Shown here: in pieces, positions 1 to 9,844 of the stretch
How positions within the stretch are numbered: position 1 is the stretch's first letter
Layout: each line of letters opens with the position of its first letter
From: Salisapilia sapeloensis CBS 127946
Taxonomy: Eukaryota; Protista; Oomycota
Length of the DNA: 64,000 bases
Direction: 5' to 3'
Assembly: GCA_023334545.1 (NCBI GenBank)
Contig: JAADVB010000077.1
Location: forward strand, 7,258 to 71,257
The notes under the pieces: generated by a model
Databases searched by the model: none
What the model was told of the DNA's origin: nothing
What the model saw: the letters and a program-made list of their open reading frames with translations, nothing else
Translations under genes and position numbers: made by a program

Positions 1-22
1 CACGACGAACCCTTCGGAGCAC

Positions 23-3000
23 ATGAGTCCATCCTCCAAGGATCAATGGACGCCATCAAGTACTTCCAACCACGACTTAGATGCACACCTACGTGCCCGA
101 CAAGAAGAGTTAGACCTTGAGACTGCTAGCATGCATAGCGTCGCGAGTGCGAGTAGTTACTCGAGTAGCGTCCGAGAACGTACGCGTGATGAAGTCGCTG
201 CACACTACTTCGGTCCGACGTCTTCGCCGCTACCTAGAGGCCCGGACGACGTGGATGAATCGAATGACGCGGTCGCTATGGAGGATAGTCAAGGCAATCA
301 CACGCATTTCCACGCTGATAAGGACAAAACGGTTGGACAGACAGCAGCGCGTGTCGCCAAGTCCATTTTACCATGGGGTCGTAGCGAGTCCGACTTGAAT
401 AAATTGTCCGTGAAGAATAACCCGCAGTTGCGCCACGACCGATGGAGCGACGTGCCACGTTATTCGCCACGAGGTGCGTCTGGTGTAGAAGATGAGGAAA
501 GTAAGGGGGAAAGTAACGAGGAAGCAGAGCTTCGACGAGCTCAGCGCAAGGAGAATGAGCGGCAATTCCGTGAACTCGCTCATTTCGCCAATACGAGGCA
601 GCCAGTCCCGTTAGATCGATTTAAACGCACTCCGAGTCGCATGTCTAGCCAAAAGAGTCTATCATCGCATCCGAGTAGCTTTGCAGTTCTTAGTGAACCA
701 TCGGCAGACGTGGAAGTCGAGAACCAAGGTCCAGCGCCGACCGAGTCATCGACGATCGAGGAAGGTGAGGAAGGTCCGGACCGGGAGTTAAACACAGAGC
801 TCATTCAGGCGTACATCGAATACAGTCGCAAGATCGGCCATGAGCCTTGTATTGAAGTGGACGGATGGACGAGTACGAATGAGAACGAGTTTTCGTTAGA
901 AAGAGCTTCTTTAATTGGAGATCGACCGCAATTAAAGGCTCCACAGCACTTTTGGACCAAATGCCTTGGCGAGAGGTACAGTCGTAAGAGAGGTCGTATC
1001 CAATTCTGCATGTACTTTGTCCTCGGACTGATCATAACGACGGTCTTTGTCTTGTATTTGAACAATCTAAGTGTCAATGCTGTCTTACACTTGGATGCAT
1101 TTACAGACGAAAACGTCGTGCTTACGACGGACTATGCGTATCTGCATATAAGAGATGAAGTGTCTTTCCATCTCAAGTATGACATTGAATCGCAGATTAT
1201 TGAGACGGAGGATGGGCAGATCGATCCAGCTTCATACTTTCAAGTGTTGCTCATGACGGAAGATCAGTTCGAGGATTACGTCGAAGGAGAAGAGTACACG
1301 TACTTGGACCATTCGCGACTCCGGACGACCAAGGCACATTTACCAGACACGTATATCTATTACTTTGACGAGTTCGACGAAGTGTATATTATCATCCAGC
1401 CATGTATTCTGTATGGAGACTACTCTGTCGATTTTTGTCAAGGGCAGCGAATGCCACGGGAGATGGATGACGGAACGGACTTGTTTAACTTGCAACGCCC
1501 GGAGAATGTCAATAACGCTACAATCGGGTTTAACATCTCTTCGTATTATGTCAATCCCCAGCCAGAAGACTGTGCGTCGACGGTCGATCGTGGTGGCAAT
1601 TACTTGCTCATCTTTGTTCCCTACGTACTCATGATCGTCTTTGGCTTACGACTACCTCAGATGCTTTTCCATTGCGAAGGTTTCCGAGCGAACCTCGAAC
1701 GACATTATCGACGGGAGTTTGGTGTCCCGGAGAACGAAGTGGACGCCTGGCAGCCAATGCCATGGGACCGAAAAGTCCCTCGAATTAGATTGCTTGGACC
1801 TTGTTGCTGGCGTAAGATGCGGAAACCCACGGAGCCGTTCGATACGTGGTGGCGGCATGAAAACTACTTTACATGGATCTTCAGTCCGTACCGGAACGAG
1901 CGTCTGTCTCGTAGTGAGCGAGCGCTGATCATCGCCTGTACGTTATACGTGACGTTCTACGTCGCCTTCGTCCTGTACATGCTCCATGGCACGTCCGATT
2001 TCTTTGCTTTTAGTAGCATCGTCCTGTTCTACGTCCTCTTGATGCTCCTCCCCGCGGCTGGGAAAGCGATTTTCAAAGAGTTATTTAAACTCATCTTTCG
2101 TCAACGACGCAAGTTCTATCGTATCCGAGCTGCTGGAGGTGACACTGGTAATTTTAGCTTTCGCTGGGCATTTGCCGGTCAACTCCTCGTCGTCCTTCTA
2201 CTCACGATCGCACAGCTTCCCATGTTTTACATTTGGTTATTCCGTTCATGTATGTTCTTGAAGCAATTCATGTACTTTGCGATGCTCGCAGCCGTCATGC
2301 GATCGAGTCTACTGGGTCTATTGCAAGACTTTGGATGGTACATGATCATCAAGACGTGGGGATGGAAGGACTTGTGTCCTTACTGTACCGAGAGGTTGTT
2401 GCATTGCGATTGCTTTAACGATGAACTCTTGATCCTATCAGTAGCTCGTGTCGGTGCCAATTGGGAATTGATTAAGGTGCTGGAAAGTGTGCTGAGCAAA
2501 CAGGAAGGGTACGTCCCACAGTTTGAAGAGTACACGGCTGAACAGTTGAAGGAAAGGTGGCAGATACTAGTGGATCGAGCAGAGAAGCATGTGGAGAAGT
2601 TGGCAAAGTTAGCAGCGTATCGAGAGAAGAAACGACGTGATAGATATCGTCGTCAACGTCAGCGACGAAGCTTTATGCATGCGGCGTCGACGGTGCTTGG
2701 TATGGAAAGTGTTGATAAGAGTGAAGAGGAGACGAAGGAGTCGAGTGTCGAAATGAATGAAGACTTGTGCTGTAGCGTGCGGGAACGCAAGATCCTAGCG
2801 CTCCAGGAGAAGATCCAGGAAGGCAAGTTTGAGAAACATTACGACAGCAACATTGTCGATGTCTTTAATTCGATTAAAGAAGCGTTGATGAAGCGTCGAC
2901 AAGGAAAAGCATGGCCGATTCCAGGTCCAAGTGAAACGCAGGCAGGTGATTCAGATGAAGGGACGTCAATGTGGGTGTACGATACGCCAGACCAACGATT

Positions 3001-3493
3001 GGAACGACGAGAGTTGGAGAAAAAGGAGCGCGAGAAGATGTTCAAAGTGCTGAAAGAGTACAAGTTCGAAAGCGTCGTGCCGGAACAGGATGAGCAAGGG
3101 CGAATCCATTATCGAGTCCCATCTTCCAACAACCATCAGTCAGGGGATGGTCCGACCTCGAATGACGCAGGTGAGGAGACTCCGTTGCCACGGACACGAT
3201 CGATGAAGGAGATTTTCTCACGCAGTCGATCAAAAAGCCGAGACACACCGTTGTTGCCTGGAGACGAACGGCAGGATGATGTCGTCGTTGTCGTCGATGA
3301 CGATGACCTCGAGACACTGGCGCGACATCCGACGAGTACCAACGTTCATTCGACTAGGTCGAGTGCCGAGAGTCCACGACCTCTTGCTCGTAGTCGAACG
3401 TATGCTGTGACGGAACATAGGCTAGGATTAATCCGACGCGCTTCTGGCCTAGCGAGGCAATGGGCAACGAGAGCATTAGGAAGTGAAGAATAA
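23..3493 (+). CDS. Large polytopic membrane protein of unknown function (1156 aa), with a polycystin-like TM segment and a SANT/Myb-like segment
   Basis: Uninterrupted 1156-codon ATG ORF. It has a low-complexity N-terminal ~300 aa, a TM (IQFCMYFVLGLIITTVFVLYL), a ~180-aa Cys-containing loop, several more hydrophobic segments, then a charged C-terminal tail. Family identity is not established. Confidence 0.75.
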   Translation: MSPSSKDQWTPSSTSNHDLDAHLRARQEELDLETASMHSVASASSYSSSVRERTRDEVAAHYFGPTSSPLPRGPDDVDESNDAVAMEDSQGNHTHFHADKDKTVGQTAARVAKSILPWGRSESDLNKLSVKNNPQLRHDRWSDVPRYSPRGASGVEDEESKGESNEEAELRRAQRKENERQFRELAHFANTRQPVPLDRFKRTPSRMSSQKSLSSHPSSFAVLSEPSADVEVENQGPAPTESSTIEEGEEGPDRELNTELIQAYIEYSRKIGHEPCIEVDGWTSTNENEFSLERASLIGDRPQLKAPQHFWTKCLGERYSRKRGRIQFCMYFVLGLIITTVFVLYLNNLSVNAVLHLDAFTDENVVLTTDYAYLHIRDEVSFHLKYDIESQIIETEDGQIDPASYFQVLLMTEDQFEDYVEGEEYTYLDHSRLRTTKAHLPDTYIYYFDEFDEVYIIIQPCILYGDYSVDFCQGQRMPREMDDGTDLFNLQRPENVNNATIGFNISSYYVNPQPEDCASTVDRGGNYLLIFVPYVLMIVFGLRLPQMLFHCEGFRANLERHYRREFGVPENEVDAWQPMPWDRKVPRIRLLGPCCWRKMRKPTEPFDTWWRHENYFTWIFSPYRNERLSRSERALIIACTLYVTFYVAFVLYMLHGTSDFFAFSSIVLFYVLLMLLPAAGKAIFKELFKLIFRQRRKFYRIRAAGGDTGNFSFRWAFAGQLLVVLLLTIAQLPMFYIWLFRSCMFLKQFMYFAMLAAVMRSSLLGLLQDFGWYMIIKTWGWKDLCPYCTERLLHCDCFNDELLILSVARVGANWELIKVLESVLSKQEGYVPQFEEYTAEQLKERWQILVDRAEKHVEKLAKLAAYREKKRRDRYRRQRQRRSFMHAASTVLGMESVDKSEEETKESSVEMNEDLCCSVRERKILALQEKIQEGKFEKHYDSNIVDVFNSIKEALMKRRQGKAWPIPGPSETQAGDSDEGTSMWVYDTPDQRLERRELEKKEREKMFKVLKEYKFESVVPEQDEQGRIHYRVPSSNNHQSGDGPTSNDAGEETPLPRTRSMKEIFSRSRSKSRDTPLLPGDERQDDVVVVVDDDDLETLARHPTSTNVHSTRSSAESPRPLARSRTYAVTEHRLGLIRRASGLARQWATRALGSEE

Positions 3494-3564
3494 ATTTTGA
3501 CTTGCAAAGCAGATGATATTATCTACTTAGGTTCCGAGGTCTTCAGCGCGTACTCTGGACGTGC

Positions 3565-3870
3565 TTATCTGGCACGCTGACGCATTTTTCGGCGCTTGCG
3601 GCGTAGGCGGCGCATACGCTTCTTGCGCCACTTGGCACGCATACCACCGGCAACGTCCAGAAGGGTCTGGAGCGTGTCGGCTTCCTGCACGCCGTAGTCG
3701 GCGAGCGTCATGGAAGCGTCGAGCTGCTTGCCAGCGGTGACGAGACGGAAGTCCGAGATGGCTTCACGGTCGGCCACGGCCTGCTGCACGGACGCGATGG
3801 AAGCGTCCGGCGCGACGTCGAGCGTCATGGGCGACGCGCCGACCGTCGGGGTCTGCACGAAAATCTGCAT
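3565..3870 (-). CDS. RPL41: Ubiquitin-like domain (76 aa, ending GG) fused to ribosomal protein eL41 (25 aa)
   Basis: The C-terminal MRAKWRKKRMRRLRRKRRKMRQRAR matches eL41 (22/25 identical to the human peptide as I recall it). It is preceded by a ubiquitin-fold sequence (MQIFV...RLVTAGKQL...TLADYGV...AGG). Codon bias is strongly GC3-rich. Confidence 0.92.
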   Translation of the reverse strand: MQIFVQTPTVGASPMTLDVAPDASIASVQQAVADREAISDFRLVTAGKQLDASMTLADYGVQEADTLQTLLDVAGGMRAKWRKKRMRRLRRKRRKMRQRAR

Positions 3871-3903
3871 TGCTCTTTGAATACCACTTGGATGCTCAAA
3901 TGC

Positions 3904-3957
3904 CTACGAGATACATGAGTATGATAGACGGAGATACAAGTCCGAGCGAGAGCCTAC
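3904..3957 (-). other. Putative 54-nt 5'UTR intron of the UBL-eL41 gene
   Basis: Minus strand reads GAG|gtaggc...ctcgtag|GCA just upstream of the ATG at 3870; the length matches other introns in the window. Confidence 0.45.
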
Positions 3958-5866
3958 CTCGGCGACAGAGCAGTCAGCAAGAAGTGATTGGAAGGTGGCT
4001 AGCAAGCGATCGACTCGGTTGGTCGAGAACCAGTGATTCGATCAAGTACGGATGTCGGGTAAAGTACGATGTACCTTGAAGCGTCGTCGAAGAAAAGATT
4101 TCTTTGGCAAGTGAAGAGAGTTTGTCTTGACGAGTTACTTGACGTGTATGTGGTAATTCAGTTGTGTCGCGATGGCAGCGATGCTTCGAGGTCATGGCGG
4201 AACTTGAATGAAGTGTTTATAGTGGAGGCCTAGGTAGTCGATTTACTATACGTAATGTCATGTAAAAGAGGAGGCTGTAGTATTAGCAAAGCAATTGCTA
4301 GCGACGCAACTTATCATAAATTGTCGATGCTGTGTAGATCTGTACATCATATTCGATTGCATCGTAGACGATGTAGCATGCAAAGAGGAGAATCGGTATG
4401 TTAGCCTAGAGCATGAGCACGTATAGCTATACTGAACACAGCTGGAGATATGAGTTGCCGGTGGTATATAGAAAGTAGAAGCCGCCATGCATTTTGCTGC
4501 TCTTCTCTCTGACCGAAAGACTTTACCAAAAAGAGTCTATTCGCATGGATCTGGCTTCCATTCTATTTTATAAGCGAAATGTCAGTTTAAGGGCTATTCA
4601 ATTTCCATCCGTGCGTGCTTCTACGGTCTCCTTATCACTTGACACGGCTGCGTGCATTGTTGAAGTCTTCCTTCCTAATAACCATGTATATGCCCGTTCA
4701 ATTCGAAGTATACTTTGCTCTTCTACTACCTCTCCATCTCCGTGTTCTTGCTTTGTGCGTTTGTTTTTGGAGTGTATGCCAAGCTACTTCAGTACGATGC
4801 GAGAACAGCTTTAGCTTTCCCTTTCGCATCCATACCTCCAAGAGCTCACTCATCGTTTCTCTTGGTGATTCTCAGCTTTAAAATGTACCCGGCGGAGCAT
4901 AGAGCGTCGAGCGCGAAGGCTTCAGACCAGATGGCCTAGCGTTGCCTCCTTCGCTGTCATGCCAATGTCAGGTCGTTATTCTCCTAGATTACCATGCTAC
5001 ATCCATACAATATCTCATTCGTTGGATAGTTAGCAAATGCTGCTTCTTCAGAGATGCCGCTAAAGAAAGGGACAATGGAGGAATCATGGACGAGATGCAG
5101 CGGTAGGCGGAGGATCACAGTTTTGCATGTTTTAGCGTATACCATAATGGACGGTATGGACCAAATGATGCGCCTTTATGACTAAGGGATGTCGTACCTC
5201 TTCTTTTTGAAGCGGTAGGAACTCGTAAAACTCTGTGAACGACAGCGCGGGTATGAGCTCCATGTGGTATGCTAGTAAAGTCAGAAAGGCCAGTTACTCC
5301 ATCCCATACAGAGGAACGATGCGCTATCGTTCAATTCTATCAACAAGGAAGTCTGGATGTAATTTCCATACACAACCGCTGGAATAAAACTTTCGCTGTC
5401 TACGCATGCATCAACTTGATAGAAACTTGGCTAAAGTCTACTTTTTATATCCTCGCCGCTTGATTGCTCCATGACGTAATTCATCGTCTGTCAAGTCAAT
5501 CGAGGGATGGACGGTAGGAGTTGAAAAAGAATCCGGCATAAGGCATCGTGCGTTTGCATATCATGCCATCAAGCGCTTTAGTTGACAAAACCATCGCGTT
5601 GATCGCGACGAGCGGTTAGCACGACGTGCAGGCGTATTTGTACAACTGATACGAGGGTCCTATGCACAACGCGACGACGGGGTTGTTGATTGCCCATTAC
5701 GCTACGCTTCGTGATTGGCAGCCTCCGATCGGACATAGCCAGATTCAGTGTAACGGCCTCTCGTCTTCGACTTTCTAATCCGGTTTTTCTAGCCAGCATC
5801 GTGGCCACTTTGCTACCGGACTGTCAAGAAAAGCCGACGCTAGAGTACTTGTGAAAAGCAAACGAA

Positions 5867-6883
5867 ATGTCCAAGCAATACGGGTACGAACTCAACTATG
5901 ACTGGAAGCACCCGTGGCCGCGTGCCCCTACGCCATCCAACGAGCAAGCGCGACTGGATGAATTGGCCAAATACCAGATTGTCGACTCGGAACAGGATGA
6001 CAAGTTCGATAAGCTCTGCCGGATTGCCTGCAAAGAGATGAAGTGCCCTATCGCCGCCGTCAGCTTCATCGACAAGACCAGGCAGTGGTTTAAAGCCAAC
6101 TCGGGCTTGACCCAGCGACAGATCCCGCGTGATGTCGCGCTCTGCGCGCATACGATCATGCGCCCCAAGCATGCGCTCATCGTTGAGGACACGTCCCAGG
6201 ACGAACGCTTTGAACACAACCCGCTCGTTACGCGTGCTTCGGCCGTTCGTTTCTACGCCGGCGTGCCGATCACCACGCCGAACGGCTACTGCATTGGCTC
6301 CGTTTTCGTCTTTGACGTCAAACCCCACACGAACGTCGATGCGCGCATTCTACATAAAATTGCGGCTAAGGTGCTCAAGTACATGGACGAACGGTCTAAG
6401 ACGTTGGAGAAAGACACACCGACCAAATCGAATGAGAAGAAGGCAGCTTCGCATTCGTCGTTGAAAGAAAAGGAGGTGAGTGAACCAGAGCCGGAGGCAC
6501 CCGTGAAAGCCAAGACAGTGGCTTCACCACCGGTAGAAACGTCAGAAGATCATCAGTCGCCTGGGGAGCCATCGCTGAACGAAAATGGACAGAGCACGCA
6601 GCAGGAAAGCAGTGCATTGGTGCAAGCAAATGGCGGTGCGCAGGAGCAGCAGATGGAAGTCAGCGGCCAGGGCAATAGCCTTGGGAACATGGGCTCGATG
6701 CTCATGAACTTACTCGCTCGTACGACGGAGACACAGCAACAGCTTGCAGCACAACAAGGCGTCATGTTCGAGACGTTGGGACAACATACGTCTCAGCTGG
6801 ACTCTTTGGGTCAATCAATGGACCGATTAGAGCAGCGATTTGAACAGGCCAAGTTGAAAAAGCGTGGCGTGAACCCAGTTTGA
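5867..6883 (+). CDS. GAF-domain protein with low-complexity linker and C-terminal coiled coil
   Basis: GAF motifs EQARLDELAKYQIVDS, FDKLCRIA, CAHTI, DERFEHNPLV, RFYAGVPI, IGSVFVFD; Q-rich helical C-terminus. Confidence 0.87.
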   Translation: MSKQYGYELNYDWKHPWPRAPTPSNEQARLDELAKYQIVDSEQDDKFDKLCRIACKEMKCPIAAVSFIDKTRQWFKANSGLTQRQIPRDVALCAHTIMRPKHALIVEDTSQDERFEHNPLVTRASAVRFYAGVPITTPNGYCIGSVFVFDVKPHTNVDARILHKIAAKVLKYMDERSKTLEKDTPTKSNEKKAASHSSLKEKEVSEPEPEAPVKAKTVASPPVETSEDHQSPGEPSLNENGQSTQQESSALVQANGGAQEQQMEVSGQGNSLGNMGSMLMNLLARTTETQQQLAAQQGVMFETLGQHTSQLDSLGQSMDRLEQRFEQAKLKKRGVNPV

Positions 6884-7199
6884 GGGTTCAACCGAGTGTC
6901 TCTTTGTTGACGAAAGCAAAGTGCGTTGTATTATTGCCTTTTGCTCAGTGGGAGTTGGTTTTGTGCTTGCTTGAATGTGACGGCGATCGAAGGCGTGGCA
7001 CTAGAGTTGGGAACAAGTCGCTTGTTTTAGCTACGAAAAATGAAAGAAAAAGGGTTTACAATACGTATTGTGTCTACTATAATTCGATCTAGATTAAGCG
7101 TCATGAAGACTGCTTTCTTTTGCTCTCTCATAGTACCCGACAAGTACCGAGTTGGCGGGTAAAATGTACCACTGGCACACGAAAACGCGCCAAAAGAGG

Positions 7200-9659
7200 A
7201 TGCAATCGAGTACTCGAAGAGGAGCTGGTCGTGGCGGATCGACGGCGCTCAGTGGTGCAGGGCAAGTGGAGTTGCAGGTGGATGCGACTGCGGAGGCTGT
7301 AAAGACCCGGTTTCTCGAGTTTCTATGTCACTTTAATAACGCATCGACGGCGGAATCACATGAGACGGAGGAGGAGCGGTCACAGGAGGAGGCACAAGGC
7401 TCCAATTATCGACAGCAAGCGGAGGTTATGCGGAATATGGAGACATCTTCATTGTTCGTAGACTTCACGCACATCCTAGAGTACGATCCGGATCTTGCGC
7501 AAGCATTGCAGGCCCAGTACTATCGATGGGAACCATACCTTCGTCGTAGTGTCTTTGAGTTCATTCGCATGGCAGATGAAGCCTATACGATTAGTGAAGA
7601 CGCTCAGAAAAGTCCTCGTGAGTTCTTTGTTTGTTTCTACAATTTCCAGCACGTTTCTCGGATCCGAGAGCTCCGTATGCGTCACGTCGGCGAGCTCGTG
7701 TCCTTCTCTGGCACCGTCACACGCACGTCGGAAGTCCGTCCTGAACTCTTGTTTGGTGCCTTCACCTGTGGTGATTGTGGTGGCGACACGACTGGTGTCG
7801 AGCAACAGTTTCGATATAGCGAGCCTCCCAAGTGTCAGAATCCGTACTGTAGTAATACATTCCAATGGGAATTAAACGCCGAAAAGTCTGTCTTTGTCGA
7901 TTGGCAGCGTGTCAAAGTGCAGGAGAATGCGGATGAGATTCCTCCAGGTAGTATGCCTCGCTCCATGGATGTCATCTTGCGTCACGAGAATGTCGAACAG
8001 GCAAAAGCTGGTGATCGTGTCGTCTTCACAGGCTCTTTGATCGTCGTCCCGGACGTGAGTAAGTTTAGTCGCGCTGGAGGCGAGACATCTATCGCGACTA
8101 GAAATAGAGGAGAGAATAGTACACAGGGTATGGAAGGCGAAGGTGTTCGTGGTTTAAAAGCGTTAGGCGTGCGTGAGCTGACGTACAAGACATGCTTCTT
8201 AGCGTGTAGTGTTCAGACGATGGAGCAGCGTTTCAACAGCGTTTCCATCCGTAGTGAACTTGGTGAAGAGGATTTAGATGGCAATGCAACGTCGAATGAT
8301 ATCACGAAAGACTTTTCAGAGGAGGAACTCAACTCGATTGAACGGATGAAGGATGATCCGAATAAGTACACCAAGATGGCAGCTTCGATCTGTCCAAGTG
8401 TCTACGGACATGATGAAGTACGTAAAGGCATCTTGCTCATGCTCTTTGGTGGCGTCCACAAGATGACGCATGAAGGGATTAAGCTACGTGGCGATGTGAA
8501 CGTCTGTATCGTCGGTGATCCATCGACTGCAAAATCCCAATTTTTAAAGTACCTCTGTGGTTTCCTACCTCGTGCGATCTATACCTCCGGCAAAGTGAGT
8601 TCTGCAGCAGGTTTAACTGCGTCTGTGACGAGAGATGCTGAGTCGGGAGAGTATTGTGTCGAAGCTGGTGCGTTGATGCTAGCGGATAATGGGATCTGTT
8701 GCATCGATGAATTTGATAAGATGGAAGCGACGGATCAAGTCGCAATTCACGAAGCGATGGAGCAACAGACGATCAGTATCACGAAAGCAGGTATCCAAGC
8801 GACACTAAACGCTCGGACGTCCATCTTAGCTGCAGCGAATCCGTTCAGTGGTCGATACGACAAGACCAAGACGTTGCAGTATAACGTGAACATCTCGGCA
8901 CCGATCATGTCTCGATTCGATCTTTTCTTTGTCATTCTCGACGACTGTGATGAAAGTGCGGATGCACGTATCGCTGCGCATATTGTGAATCTGCACATGC
9001 CATCGGATTTGCGAGAAGCTAGTGCTTCATCTGGGATTTATTCTGAAGAAGAGTTGAAACGATACATCAAGTTTGCACGTAGTCTACAACCGAGTATCTC
9101 TCCCTCGGCGCACAAGATGATGGTTGCGTGCTATAAGAAACTACGAGAGCATGATGTCCAGAGTAATGGGCAGTCGAGTATTGCGTATCGTATTACGGTT
9201 CGGCAGTTGGAGTCCATGGTCCGATTGTCGGAGGCACTTGCGAGGTTGGATTTAAGTCAGTCGGTGGAAGTGCCGCATGTCCAAGAGGCGTATCGATTAC
9301 TTAGTAAATCGATTATTCATGTCGATATGCAGAACGTGGAGCTTGGGATGCCAGAAGCTCCGGAAGAGGACTCGGAAGCAATGTCATTTGAACGATACAC
9401 AGTCATCCAAAAGGCTGTCGATAGGTACATTCTGGAGAAGGAAGAAGGTGGAGACAAGGGTGTGCTGCAAGGAGAGCTTGTCACGTGGTACTTGAGTTCC
9501 CAAGATATCACGTCAGAAGCCCAGCTGACCAAGGAGAAGGCTTTGATCACATCAATTCTAGACAAGTTGGTACTAGATAAGCGCCTTGCAGTGCTGGAGG
9601 AGACCGAGGACAAGCAGCGGCGGTACCTGACGGTGCATCCGAATCGGTCGTTTGAATAG
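7200..9659 (+). CDS. MCM6: DNA replication licensing factor MCM6
   Basis: Zn finger CGDC...CQNPYC, Walker A GDPSTAKS, IDEFDKM, arginine finger SRFDL, and the MCM6-like HKMTHEGIKLRGD. The ORF track start at 7152 is TTG; in-frame ATGs lie at 7164 and 7200. Confidence 0.96.
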   Translation: MQSSTRRGAGRGGSTALSGAGQVELQVDATAEAVKTRFLEFLCHFNNASTAESHETEEERSQEEAQGSNYRQQAEVMRNMETSSLFVDFTHILEYDPDLAQALQAQYYRWEPYLRRSVFEFIRMADEAYTISEDAQKSPREFFVCFYNFQHVSRIRELRMRHVGELVSFSGTVTRTSEVRPELLFGAFTCGDCGGDTTGVEQQFRYSEPPKCQNPYCSNTFQWELNAEKSVFVDWQRVKVQENADEIPPGSMPRSMDVILRHENVEQAKAGDRVVFTGSLIVVPDVSKFSRAGGETSIATRNRGENSTQGMEGEGVRGLKALGVRELTYKTCFLACSVQTMEQRFNSVSIRSELGEEDLDGNATSNDITKDFSEEELNSIERMKDDPNKYTKMAASICPSVYGHDEVRKGILLMLFGGVHKMTHEGIKLRGDVNVCIVGDPSTAKSQFLKYLCGFLPRAIYTSGKVSSAAGLTASVTRDAESGEYCVEAGALMLADNGICCIDEFDKMEATDQVAIHEAMEQQTISITKAGIQATLNARTSILAAANPFSGRYDKTKTLQYNVNISAPIMSRFDLFFVILDDCDESADARIAAHIVNLHMPSDLREASASSGIYSEEELKRYIKFARSLQPSISPSAHKMMVACYKKLREHDVQSNGQSSIAYRITVRQLESMVRLSEALARLDLSQSVEVPHVQEAYRLLSKSIIHVDMQNVELGMPEAPEEDSEAMSFERYTVIQKAVDRYILEKEEGGDKGVLQGELVTWYLSSQDITSEAQLTKEKALITSILDKLVLDKRLAVLEETEDKQRRYLTVHPNRSFE

Positions 9660-9844
9660 AAAAGGAATGAAAGCTACGCGCTAAGTTTACGAGTCTTTAT
9701 TTGGTTTTCTTCGTCGAAAAAAAGGGGATGGAGAGGCCATGTCGAAGCACTTAAGCCTCTAGACATGGCAGAAAAGATGAAAAAGAGATCCTTCTAACAA
9801 ACTCTGGACTGGGGCCAAAAGCTCGAGCCAACGAACGAAGTAAC

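Noticed and set aside
3870-5808. Short ORFs between UBL-eL41 and the GAF gene
   Set aside because: All are under 110 aa, many have non-ATG starts, and none shows a motif or splice-consistent model; treated as intergenic.
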